Shown here: in pieces, positions 1-11,764 of the stretch
Layout of the letters: each line of letters begins with the position of its first letter
Numbering within the stretch: position 1 is the stretch's first letter
Source of the DNA: Mobula hypostoma
Taxonomy: Eukaryota
Length of the DNA stretch: 64,000 nucleotides
Direction of reading: 5' to 3'
Assembly: GCF_963921235.1 (NCBI RefSeq)
Contig: NC_086097.1
Span: 117,988,001-118,052,000 of the forward strand
Translations under genes and position numbers: made by a program
The notes under the pieces: model-generated
The model's input: the letters and a program-made list of their open reading frames with translations, nothing else
The model's database searches: none
What the model was told of the DNA's origin: nothing

Positions 1-375
1 CTGCACAATGTTGTCTGCAGACAAGAAACAATTCATCCTGATGCATTTCAAACTATAGTCAGTGACTTTAACCAGGCCCATTTGAAGAAAACCCTGCCCT
101 ATTATCACCAGCACATAACCTGTTGCACCAAAGATCTCAACACACAAGACCACTATCACAGTACGAAGAAGAGTTCCTATCATTCTTTTCTGTATTTTGG
201 CAAGTCGGATCAATTGGCTGCACGCCTACTACTTGCTTACAGACAGCACCTAAAGAGCAAGGCTCCAGAGATCAGGACAATTAAGAGATGGTTGCAGGAG
301 GCAGAGGAATGGTTACAGGATTGCCTTGGGTCAGTGGACTGGGCCGTGTTCAAGGACCCAAGTGAGGACCAGAAT
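1..375 (+). mobile_element. Rex1/Babar-type LINE remnant (AP-endonuclease region)
   Basis: Translates to HPDAFQTIVSDFNQAHLKKTLPYYHQHITCCTK...FGKSDQ...LQDCLGSVDWAVFK, the typical Rex1/Babar endonuclease C-terminal part. Same family as 58320-58910. Confidence 0.75.
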
Positions 376-992
376 GATTCTATTTCTTCTCTAATCCTCT
401 TACTGGAATCCAAGGATTCATAGAGCACCTGCTTATTTCTTGACTGTCAAACTGGCAATGTCTTCCTTCTATTAGATGCCTACTTTTTATTTTATTTCAA
501 AGTTCTTTGTGTTCCCTTTTGCCTTCCTTTTATTTAAGATCTAAGTACTTGTTATTTGTCTTTTCTTTAGTTTCTGTTTTCCTCACTTACCTGATTCTGG
601 CTTTGACAGGACTATATCCCTCTTCAGTTCTATTGATTACAAATTGTAGATTCTCCATTGTTTTCTCTCTTCATTGGTTTGGTCAGCTCTTTTCTGAAGT
701 TGGCCATTATTCATTCTTTTCTACTTCCTCACACTTTGCATTTTACCCATTTTATTTTCTTAGTCTGGTACCTCCATCCATCAATTTCAGTTCCAACTAT
801 TAACTTTGACTGAGGTGCTTTCCTCACATCTCCTTGTTTTGCTTTATTACCCATAAAGTGATAAATTAACAGTTTTAATTATTCTCATTGTTATTCATTT
901 CTTTTTGTTTTCAATATGAGTGATGTACAGTAGATGGGCTAAATGCAAACAAGTGTTTTTTAATAAGATTGGGTGAGACAAGAACTAGAGAT

Positions 993-1920
993 CATAAGAA
1001 CATAAGAAGTAGGAGCAGGAGTTGGCCATCGGGTCCGTTGAGCCTGCTCTGCCATTGAATAAGATCATGCCTGATCTGACCATGGATTCACCTCCACCTA
1101 CCTGCCTTTTCCACATAACCCTTAATTCCCCTACTATGCAAAAATCTATCCAATATTGTCTTAAATATATTTACTGAGGTAGCCTCCACTGCTTCAATGG
1201 GCAGAGAGCTCTACAGATTCACCACTCTCTGGGAAAAACAGTTCCTCCTCATCTCCATCCTAACTCTACTCTCCCGAATCTTGAGGCTATGTCCCCTAGT
1301 TCTAGTCTCACCTACCAGTAGAAACAACTTTCCCGCCTCTATCTTTCTATGCCTTTCATAATTTTATATTTTCTACAGTATTTCCACTCCTTCTTCTGAA
1401 TTCCAGTGAGTGCAGTCGCAGGCGACTCAATCTGTCCTCATTGTCTAACCCCCTCATCTCTGGAATCAACTTGGTGGACCTCCTCTGCACTGCCTCCATA
1501 GCCAGTATATCCTTCCTCAAGTAAGGAGACCAGAACTGCACACAGTACTCCAGATGCAGCCTCACCAGTACCCTGTACAGTTGCAGAATTACATTCCTGT
1601 TCTTAAATTCAATCCCTCTAGCAATGAAGGCCAACATTCTAGTTGCCCTCTTGACAGCCTGCTGCACCTGCGAACCTACCTTTTGTGATTCATGCACAAG
1701 CACTCCCAAGTCTCTCTGAACAGCAGCATGCTGCAATTTTTCACCATTTAAATAATCTGCTCTTTCATTTTTTCTTCCAAAGTGGATGACCTCACATTTA
1801 CCAACATTGTACTTCATCTGCCAGACCCTTGCCCACTCACTTATCCTATCTATATCTCCCTGCAGACTCTTTATATCTTCTACACAATTTGCTTTTCCAC
1901 TCAATTGAACATCATCAGCA
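993..1920 (-). mobile_element. CR1-clade LINE, 5'-truncated (RT C-terminus + 3'UTR)
   Basis: ORF 1356..1904 has LQGDIDRISEWARVWQMKYNVGKCEVIHFG and LVRLHLEYCVQFWSP. The 3' tail reads cataagaacataagaa on +. Confidence 0.9.
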
Positions 1921-1921
1921 A

Positions 1922-2195
1922 ACTAGGTCACCAATTAAAGGTGAAAGGTGAAATGTTTAATGGGAATAGGAGAGATATGTTCCTCACACAGAATGAGTTA
2001 CCAGTAGAAGTGTAGTGGATGCAGGCTCAATTTCAACATTTAAGAGAAGTTTGGGTAGATACATGGGTGGGAGGAGTATGGAGATGATGGTCCAGATGCA
2101 GGTCAATGAGACGAGGCAAAATGATATTTTGGCACAGACTAGAGGGGTGAAAGGGCCTTTTCTGTGCTGTAGTATTCTACGTTTCTATGACTCTA
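1922..2195 (+). mobile_element. Old CR1 3'-end fragment
   Basis: CR1-like 3'UTR ending gggcctttctgtgctgtagtattctacgtttctatgactcta. Confidence 0.65.
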
Positions 2196-2394
2196 ATAGA
2201 TGCTTCACTGTAGTGATTCTAATCAATTATCGGCTAGTTTTATTATCCTTTAGCTTGACCTCCCCTTTATTTTCCTGATTCTTAATTGCTGAGTTTATGT
2301 AATTTCTAGTAGCTTCCTTCTCTGTTAAAATTAATGTAAACTTTTACATCCAACCTGTGATATAACGCCTACTGGGATGTTAGCCCAAAAACTA

Positions 2395-2880
2395 AGCTTA
2401 AAGTTATGCCCTCTCATATTAGTCATTTCTGCCCTGGGAAAAAAGTCTCCGACTATCTATTCAGGCTAAAGCTCTTATCTTTTTATACATCTCTATCAAG
2501 TCACCTTTAATCTTTCTTCATCCATAAAGAAAAGCCCCAGCTTGCTCAACCTATCCTCATAAGACATGCTCTCTAATCCAGGCAGCAGCTTGGTAAATCT
2601 CCTCTGCACCTTCTCTCAAGCTTCCACATCCTTCTTATAATCTAATGGCCAGAACTGAACACAATATTCCAAGTGTGGTCTTACGAGGGTTTTATAGAGC
2701 TGCAACTTGAACTCATGGCTATTGAACTCAGTCTCCTGACTAATGAAGGCCAACACACCATAGGCCTTCTTAACACCCTATCAGCTTATGCAGCAACTTT
2801 GAGGGATCAATGGACATGAACCCCAAGATGCCTCTGTTCTTCCACACTGATAAGAATCCTGCCATTAACCCCATGTTCTT
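2395..2880 (-). mobile_element. Degenerate CR1 RT fragment
   Basis: ccagaactgaacacaatattccaagtgtggtct is the reverse complement of the RPHLEYCVQFW motif. Confidence 0.7.
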
Positions 2881-2922
2881 CAAAAATTCATAATTAAGAA
2901 TAATTGCACTTACATAGTACCA

Positions 2923-3479
2923 TATACACTCTGCAGCTAATTAACTGGCCACTGAGTGTACGGTAGAGGTCTTCTGCTGTTGTAGACCATCCAGTCCAAG
3001 GTTCAAGATGTTTTGCATTCAGAGATACTCTGCTGCACACCACCATTGTAACACATGCTTATTTGAATTGTTGTTGCCTTCCTGTCAGCTTGAACCAGTC
3101 TGGCCATTCTCCTTTGACCTCTCTCATTAACAAAATATTTCCCCCACAAAACTGCCATTCCTTGGATGTCTTTTTTGCACTATTCTCTGTAAATTCTAGA
3201 GAATATTACGTGTGAAAATCCCAGGAGCTCAGCAGTGTCTAAGATTCTCAATCCAATCTGTCTGGCACCAACAGTTATTTTACGGGCAAAGTCATTCCGT
3301 CCAATTCTGAATTTTGGTCTGAACGACTACTGAACTTCTTGAGTACGTCTGCATACCTTTATGCATTGAGTTGCTGCCATACTGTATGACTGACTGATTA
3401 GATTAATGCAAGTGATTAACACACATGCTTTTACAAGCAGGTGTACAAGTCTAGCTAATAAAGTGGCCTCTGAATGTAT
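2923..3479 (-). mobile_element. Non-autonomous Tc1-like element, copy 1 of 5
   Basis: Ends ggccactgagtgta and aataaagtggcctctgaatgta. Body homologous to 4746-5308, 22072-22620, 42850-43372 and 53400-54760. Confidence 0.75.
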
Positions 3480-4745
3480 GTCCTAAACGATTTCATTGCC
3501 AATGAAACACTTTGTGGAAACTAACCATTGTTGAAATGTTGTAAGTTTCAACTGTACATGTTCCTACAATCAGCAATGAGATAAATGGACTGACGTTCTC
3601 CTTAAGTGATACCTGTGTTAATTAGGGCTGCTGGAGGACCTTCCCTGACATGAGATTATGACATTTGAGAAAGCAGTTGGGAGAGGATTAACATCTCCTA
3701 ATCTTTTTTATAAGCATTCTGACTCGGGTAACAAGGCTATCATCCATGCATACTCTTTCTCTCTCCCCCCCTCATATGTGCACGTGCGCGCGCACACACA
3801 CGCATTTACTGGCGCACCAGATTTGCCAGTGCCAACTATATTGTTTCGTGTTGTCTTGTCTCAGCAGGAGCTCTAATAACTGAAGTGGCACAACACAAGG
3901 TGAGCCTGTACTGCTTAAAAGCGCTCTGTACTTTTAACAGGGAGGAATATTGTTCATTCTAGAACCGGCTCAATTCTTTGGAGTCAGAAGACAATCTTAA
4001 GGAAGATTCTAGGGCAAATGGCACTCCACAGAAAAGAACATGTACCAAGCCATTTCAATGCTGCACGCAAAATCTTTGGAGGCAGGACCAGGTCCACATA
4101 CAGAAGGCAGGAAGTGCTCCCATTAAACTCCCCAAGTAGCAACAAACCAAAAAGACTTGAATATAATGCCACAAAAGTTGAGTGACCTCTCAAGCATGGC
4201 CATTGTCAAGATTAGTGAGTGTGCATTAAAATGACTTGTCTTATCTACCATACAACCACTTCAACTTTGTGTATTTCCCAGCCTGTTCATTATTCAGTAC
4301 CAAAATCTCTAACAATAAGCATTCTTATCTAATACACATCAGTTCACCTCACCTTGTATACGTGGCACTGCTGAAAGCCTCATTTGCATATTTGAAATCT
4401 TGCACACATTATAACTATTCAACATGACATGACATGCACAGAGCACCTATTGAGAAATGTCCTCTTCTCCTGGAGGACATGATTGGCTGTCATCAGAAGC
4501 AGCAGCCACTAAGAGGTATGGTCTTATTTAAATGATGAGATAGGGCTACTGACTGTTGCTGAGGTTAAAGCCAATGGCAATAATGAAGCCCTGCCCAATG
4601 CTCTCACATTAAATGTTGCTTCATAGGTCTTACTTTCCACTCATTTCACTAACTCTTTCCATTTACAACATGCACACATGCATCGAAAGCTACTCTGGAG
4701 CTACTGACAGAACCTCAGGATACCGGCAATGGGGTAAATTTTCCA

Positions 4746-5308
4746 GCTCAGTGTCCACTTTATTAGGTACACCTGTACACCTGCTCATTCATGCAAATAT
4801 CGAATCAGCCAATCATGTGACTGCAACTCAATGCACAAAAGCAGGAAGGTCAGAGGTTCAGTTGTTCAGACCAAACATCAGAATGGAGAAGAAATAAGAT
4901 CTAAGTGACGTTGACTATGGAATGATGGTTGGAGGCAGATGGGGTGATCCGAGTATCTCAGAAGCTGCTGACTTCCTCGGATTTTCACATGCAATAGTCT
5001 CTAGATCTTACAGAGAATGGTGCAAGAAAACAAACTATATCCGGTGTGTGGTGGCTCTGTGGGTGAAAACACCTTGTTAATGAGAGAGGTCGAAGGAGAA
5101 TGGCCAGACTGCTTCAAGCTGACAGGAAGGTGACATTAACACTCAAATAGCCACATATTACAACAGTGGTGTGCAGAAGAGCATCTCTGAACACACAACA
5201 CATCAAATCTTGAAGTGGATGGGCTACAACAGCACAATACCACAACATAAGCTCAGTGGCCACTTTATTAAGTACAGGAGGTACCCAATAAAGTGGCTAC
5301 TGTGTGTA
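4746..5308 (+). mobile_element. Non-autonomous Tc1-like element, copy 2
   Basis: TIR ctcagtgtccactttattaggtac...gtacccaataaagtggctactgtgtgta. Decayed transposase N-terminus (DLSDVDYGMMVGG...SISEAADFLGFSH). Confidence 0.8.
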
Positions 5309-6044
5309 CTTGTGAGAGTAATGCAAAGACATAAGAGGCTTCTGCAGGGATGTTTACCAAGAGTGGATTTGATGAGTTAGGGGCTATGTTGAGTTAAAAG
5401 ACTCATGTATAAATAACTTTTCTTTAAAGTGACAAATCAAGCTAAGTAATAGCAAGCAGTAATGTTTTGCAATTGTGGTAACGGGGAGCTGTTGATTGCC
5501 ACTGTGTTCCATGGCAACAGACAAGCAAGAAATGTCAGCAGCTAGAAGTGCTTTGTTTAAAGTTAATGGCTGGGAATCCTAAATTCAAACACTGTAATGT
5601 ATGATGGAAAAGGGCAGCTTCCTGGACAATCTGCAATAATGCCTTTACATTAAGCACCGTATTACCGGTCAGTGGAGAGGGACTGGAGCACCTGACTATT
5701 ATTTAGGAAACTATAAGAACCTCGATGATAGCTGTGGAGGAGTATCTGCCTTTAAATTTCTCTTGTTGGCACAACACCGTGAAACAGGAGCCGTACAAAT
5801 TGGTGAATAAAGAGGAAAGTAGAAGTAAAAATGAATTAGAGGATAGATGACTTGATCAGCGGCCATGAATTCTTGAAAATGTTATGTGTCGAAGTTAAGA
5901 ACATTTCTTAAGGCCGGAGAGAAATCGAAAGAAGGGCAAAAAAAATCCAGTTGTCATTATTCATGAACACAGTATCACTGTCACCTGAACGTTTATGTGT
6001 AGTTAATATTCATATTCAAAAGCAGAGCAAGAAGGAAAGAAAGA

Positions 6045-6265
6045 AAGACAGATTAGCTTTATTTTTCACATGCACAGTGAAATCTGTTGTTTGCCCTCAA
6101 ATCAGGTCAGCAAAGACTGTGTCACACTTCTGGTGCGATCATATCTTGCCCACAACTCCCTAACCCTAACCTTAACCATACGTCTTTGGAGTGCGGAAGA
6201 AAACTGGAATTCCCAGAGGAAACCCATGTGATCACGGCAGGAACGTGCAAACTCCTTACAAAGGA
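6045..6265 (-). mobile_element. V-SINE/HE1-like SINE remnant
   Basis: gaggaaacccatgtgatcacggcaggaacgtgcaaactcc is the reverse complement of the V-domain core. Confidence 0.65.
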
Positions 6266-6299
6266 GCCGTTAGGGAAGAACGATCATCATATGATAGTC

Positions 6300-7150
6300 A
6301 AGAAAAAATCGCAGATGCTGGAAATCCAAGCAACACACACAAAATGCTGAAGGAACTCAGAAGGCCAGGCAGCATCTACGGAGAAGATCACAGTCCACAT
6401 TTTGGGCCGAGACCCTTCAGAAGGACTGGAGATAAAAGATGAGGGGTAGATTTAAAAGGTGGGGGAGGGGAGGGAGAAAAACAGGGTGATAGGTGAAACC
6501 GGGAGAGGGAGGGGTGAGGTAAAGAGCTAGGAAGTTGATTGGTGAAAGACATACAGGGCTGGAGAAGGGAAAACCCATCTTTCCCTCCCCCACCCCCTTT
6601 ACGCTTTCTGAAGGGATCGCTCCCTACGCAGCTCCCTTGCCCTTTTGTCCCTCCTGTCACTTAATCCTTGCAAGTGGAACAAGTGCTACACCTGCCCCTA
6701 TACCTCCTCCCTCACTACCATTCAGGGCCCTAAATTGTCCTTCCAGATAAGATGACACTTCACCTGCGAATCTTTGGGGACATTTACTGTGTCTGGTGCT
6801 CCCGGTGTAGCCTCCTGTATACCTTTGAGACCCAACCTAGATTGGGAGACTATTTTGTCGAACACCTACTCTCTATCTACCAGAAGAAACAAGATCTCCC
6901 AGTGGCCACCCATTTTAATTCCTCTTCTCATTCCCATTCCAATATGTCAATCCAGGCATCTTCTACTTTAGCGATCAGGCTACAATCAGGTTGGAGGAAC
7001 AACACCTTATATTCTGCCTGGTAGCTTCCAACCTGATGGCATGAACATTGATTCCTCGAACTTCTGGTAATGTCTCCCCCAATATTCCTTCTCTGCTACC
7101 TGTCCCACACCCTTCCCGTGTTGCTCAGCCCTCACCATTTCCGACATCTT
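6300..7150 (+). mobile_element. Penelope-like element: GIY-YIG remnant preceded by an inverted terminal repeat
   Basis: ORF 6752..7024 IYCVWCSRCSLLYTFETQPRLGDYFVEHL...PVATHFNSSSHS is a Penelope GIY-YIG endonuclease. 6300-6565 is the element's 3' terminal repeat in reverse orientation. Confidence 0.85.
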
Positions 7151-7550
7151 TTGTAGTGAAGAAGTCCAAAATATCAAGAAGGAAAGGAAGAGCAGCATTC
7201 AAGAAACATGAAAAATGGCCTACTGTATAAAAAACTAACATTGATGTGTAAACGGAGAAAATGTTCACAAAAGTAAATGCAGGATCCTTACAGACTGAGA
7301 CATGCAAAATTATATGGCTGAATAAGGAAATTCAAAAAAGCAATTCAAGAAATATGTAATGTCTCTCTTCCTGAAAGAAATGCAGGAAATCTCTCGAAAA
7401 TTTTTCAGGGTAGTAATTCTTAAGTGAAAGAGAAATTGATAAAAATGTAGTAATACTGAAATATATTATTCAAGAAACTAATGAGGCACAAAGCCCAAGA
7501 CCTAGTGATCTGCACCTTAAGCCATATCTACTGCAAGAGTACACTTAATT

Positions 7551-7659
7551 CAGAGTAAATCAATATTAAAGAAGCCAGGGTAGCTATACTGTAAAGGCAG
7601 GGTAGCTATACAGAGTAAATTAATATTAAAGAAGCCAGGTAGCTATACTGTAAAGGCAG
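7551..7659. repeat. ~50-bp tandem duplication with a 10-bp junction insert
   Basis: cagagtaaat(c/t)aatattaaagaagccagg(g)tagctatactgtaaaggcag occurs twice, separated by ggtagctata. Confidence 0.9.
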
Positions 7660-8099
7660 TTCAGCGCACTTCACACATAAAACTGGTGCAAGCTTAGTTT
7701 TCCAGCATCCCACAAGGAATCAGTGTTTGTTGCAATGAATTGTTAAAACAAGCTAATAAATGTGGATGAATAATGGAGGCACTATTGCAAAGTGAGCTTG
7801 AGAATTAAATATTACAGGCCACAGAACTTTTAGGAGAGAAGGCTATAGATCAAAAGGCAATGCAGGCACATCCAACATGATTATATTTCCTTTGGCTGAG
7901 GACTTTAAAATCAGGGGCCAAAGTCACAATTAAAGGGATTTGTTATTCAGAGATCAAGTGAGAGAGAAAAAAAATCTTCACTAAGAGATAGAGAATACTT
8001 GGAATTTATGTAAAGGATGTTGGGAATCTATTACACATACATGCTATTCAGAGATTGATAGTCTTAAATATTAAGGGAATTGTGGGCTATGGAATTAAA

Positions 8100-9200
8100 C
8101 CATAAAATATAAGGCCATAAAACATAGGAGCAGAATTAAACCATTCGGCCCATTGAGTCTACTCTGCCGTTCCATCATGGCTGATTTATAATCCCTCTCA
8201 ACCCCATTCTCCTGCCTTATCCCTGTAACCTTTGATGTCCTTACTAATCAAGAAACTATCAACCTCCACTTACAGTAAAATATCCCCAGTGACTTGGCCT
8301 GGGAATGACTTCCACACTTTCACTATCCTCCAGCTAAAAAAATTCCTCCTCATCTCATTTCTAAAGGGATGTTCTTCTATTCTGAAGCTGTGCCCTCTGG
8401 TCCTAGACTCCCCCATTATAGGAAGCATCCTCTCCACATCCACTCTACCGAGGCTTTACAATTTTTTTTTAGATTATGAGGACACGCAGTCCTCTTTTAT
8501 TGTCATTTAGTAATGCATGCATTAAGAAATGATACAATATTCCTCCGGTGTGATATCACAGAAACACAGGACAGAAAAAGACTGAAAAACTAACAAAAAC
8601 CACATAATTATAACATATAGTTACAACAGTGCAACAATATCATAACTTGATGAAGAACAGTCCATGGCACAGTAAAAAAGTTCAAAGTCTCTCGAATGTC
8701 CCACATCTCACACAGATGGGAGAAGGAAGAAAACTCTCCGTCATGCCCAACTACAGTCCGACTCTGAGTCGTCCAAAAACTTTGAGCCTCCGATCAGCCC
8801 TCTGACACCGAGTCCCGAGCACCATCTCTATCCGAGCGCTTCGACCTCAGCCTCGGTCGCCAGCAGCAGGCAAAGCCGGGGATTTTGGGGCCCTCCCTCC
8901 GGAAGATTCTCGATCGCACAGTAACAGCGGCAGTGAACCGGCATTTCAGAAATTTCTCCAGATCCTCAGTGCTTTCACATCTGTCTCCATCAAATCAGAA
9001 TTGTCCACGGCCCTTATCTAACAGATACGATATCATTTCACCGGAGAGCTGCGCGCGCTGCATTGCACTGCCATCTTCTCCTTCTGCCTGATGATAGGCT
9101 TCAATGAAATTCCACCCCCCCCCATTCCTCTATCTACAGCTAGTACAGGTCCAAAACCATTAAATGTTCCTCATACATTAACCCTGTCATTCCGAGATTA
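8100..9200 (-). mobile_element. CR1 3' remnant interrupted by a SINE-like element
   Basis: CR1 3'UTR (cataggagcagaattaaaccattcggccc) runs to ~8460 and resumes at ~9093 (ataggcttcaatga). Confidence 0.7.
8471..9090 (-). mobile_element. ~620-bp non-coding SINE-like retroposon, copy 1 of 3
   Basis: Highly similar to 36495-37079 and 38383-39060. Sense 5' end gagaagatggc; 3' end gacaataaaagaggactgcgtgtcctcataatc. Confidence 0.85.
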
Positions 9201-10057
9201 GCTCAGCAAAGGTGCACTGAAATAAAAGATCAACCATGATCTTACTGAATGGTAGAGTAGGTGTGACGATCGAAGTATTCTAAGACTACTTCTGTCCATT
9301 ATGATCTTATTTCTTACTATGAGATGAGCCCAAAAGAATAGTAATATGGTAGAGATAGTCTAAAGAAAAGAAATGAACTATCTATTCTAAAAGCAAAATC
9401 TGAAATCAGACTCCACATTTGAATATGACCACAAGGAAAAGGAACAGAATTAGATGATTTGACCCATTGAGTCTCCTTTGTCATTCAATCATGGCTGATT
9501 TATTATCCCTCTCTTCTGTAACCTTCAGACAGTTAACAAAATGTGGGGTCTGACTGTTACTCACATTTCATTTTGACCACTTAATGACCAGGCCATGCAA
9601 GCAAAAATATGAATGTAAGGTACAGAAAAATGTTAGCTATAAATACAAGATGCAATAAATATTTTGAAGTCCCTCATAATCAAGGACACCTGGAAGCAAT
9701 GTTTGAAAATGGAAAAGTTCTGTTGAGGAGATGATGGTCCCAAAGTTTTGGCAGAAAGCTAATGTTGTTTCCACAAATAAAAGTGAAGTTAGAGGAAAAT
9801 GCGGGATGAATAAATCAATTACCTTAAAAGAATTAATAAAGATACTGATATCTCTACAAAACAAAATGACATTTTAATGCAGAAATATTCAGCATTGATC
9901 CTAAAAGCTAAGGCACCCACAAGGAGCGCTGACACAAGAAATCAGCATCAGTCATCAAAGTCCTCCACCATCAAGGTTATGCTCTCTTCTTATAGCTGCC
10001 ATTGGAGAGTAAGTACAGGAGCCTTAGGTACCACACCACCAGATTCAGGAACAGTTA

Positions 10058-11631
10058 CAGTGCTTTGTAAAAGTCCTCACCTTCCAACCTTCTGTTCACA
10101 TAAATGAGTATTACAACCTTGAATTTTGGTCAATTCAGCTGAGAATATTTATTTGTGAATCACATGCCCAGTTTTCACAGTAGAGCACAAAAAAGGGAAA
10201 AATTATAAAGCACGAAAAACTACAATTTCAAAAACTGAAATGCCAGCAGTTCAAAAGTATTCCCCCCCCCCCCACTTTGCTCAATGCTTAGTTGAACCAC
10301 CTCTCTTAGCTATTACAGCCAGTAGTCTTTTGGAATAGTTCTCAATTAGCTTTGCACACTGTGATGGAGCAAGCTTTGCCCATTCCTCCTTGCAAAATTG
10401 CTCAAGCTGTGTGTCGTTAGTTGGAGAGCAGTGATGGACAGCAATCTTGAGGTGTTGCCAGAGGTGTTTGATTGAGTTAAGGTCTGGATTTTGACTGTGT
10501 CAGTCAAGGATATCAATTTTCTTAATTTAAAGCCAATCCACAGTTGCTCTGGCAGTGTGCTTTGGGTCATTACATGAACTTTCTCCCCAGTTTAAGCTTT
10601 CTGGCAGAGGCTAGCAGGTTTTTATCCAGGATCTCTCTGTACTTAACAGCATTCAGCTTCCCAACAATCCTGAATAGATTTCCAGTCTCTTGCTGCTGCA
10701 AAGCATCCCATAGCATGATACTACCTCCACCGTGCTTTACAGTAGGGATGGTGTTACCTGCTGATACAAAGTGTTAGGTTTATGCAATGTACAGCTTATT
10801 GTTGAGGCCAACAATATCCACTTTAGTCTTATCCAACCATAAGACTTTCCACATCTTTACAGTATCTTCCAATGGATACTTTGCAATGTCTTTATGGGCA
10901 ATGATATGCTTTTTTTCCCCCTTCCTTGCCACTCTTCCATAAATATCCTTTTTGTGCAAGGACATAGAGATTGTGAAACCACAAACTTCTCCAGTTGCAG
11001 CCACTGAATTCTGCACCTTACTCTGAGTGGTTGTTGCTGTCAAGTAGCCTCTCTTACAAGTGCCATTCTTCTCTGGCCACTAAGTTTAGAGGGATGGCCT
11101 AACCTAAGCAGTGTAGTTGTAGCTTTATATTCTTCCCACTTTTTTACAATGGACTGCACTGAGCTCTAAGGGATGTTCAATGCCTTTGAGATGCTCTTGT
11201 ACCCTTCCCCAGATTTGTGCTTCTCTCTTATCATTTTCCCTTCTTGCCTTCAATGCGCTGTTGTCTTTATTTTGGTTGGGTCTGTTGAAAATCTACCACA
11301 CTGTCGGACCTTACAGAGAGAGGGGCTATTTATTCAACTGATCCTCCAATTTTCTACATCAATAAATTGGGTAAGTTGGTAAGAAAACATAGAGTATTGC
11401 ATCTGAGGAAAGTCACTGTAGTAATTATAAAGGGGGTGAATACTATTTTAGCCTCACAATTTCAATTTTCAATTTTCAGGATATTGTTGTCAGGTTTTGG
11501 AATTTTTCTTTTGATGCACAATATTTTGTAGATTAGCTTTAAAATCCTACTTCAATATATTTTAAAATTAGAAAATGAGACCATAAAACGGGAAAGTAGT
11601 TGTGAGGGGCTGAGTATTTTTCAAGGCACTT
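10058..11631 (-). mobile_element. Near full-length degenerate Tc1-family transposon (IR/DR-type ends)
   Basis: TA|cagtgctttgtaaaagt ... agtatttttcaaggcactt|TA, with inner repeats at ~10250 and ~11430. Transposase remnants include YGRVARK, WKVLWLDKTK and KHGGGSIMLW. Confidence 0.85.
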
Positions 11632-11764
11632 TATTATCTTCTTACCATCAGGCTCCTGAATTAACATGGATAACCTCCCTCACCTCAACTCTAAACTGAT
11701 TCCACAACCTATGGACTCAATAACTCATGTTCTCAGTATTGTTAGTTTATTTATTTATTTATTA

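Noticed and set aside
5505..5517. RFX X-box-like gttccatggcaac
   Set aside because: Imperfect single motif with no promoter context; cannot be supported from sequence alone.
6158..6177. ccctaaccctaaccttaacc telomere-like repeat
   Set aside because: Only 2-3 units and embedded in a SINE body; not an interstitial telomere array.
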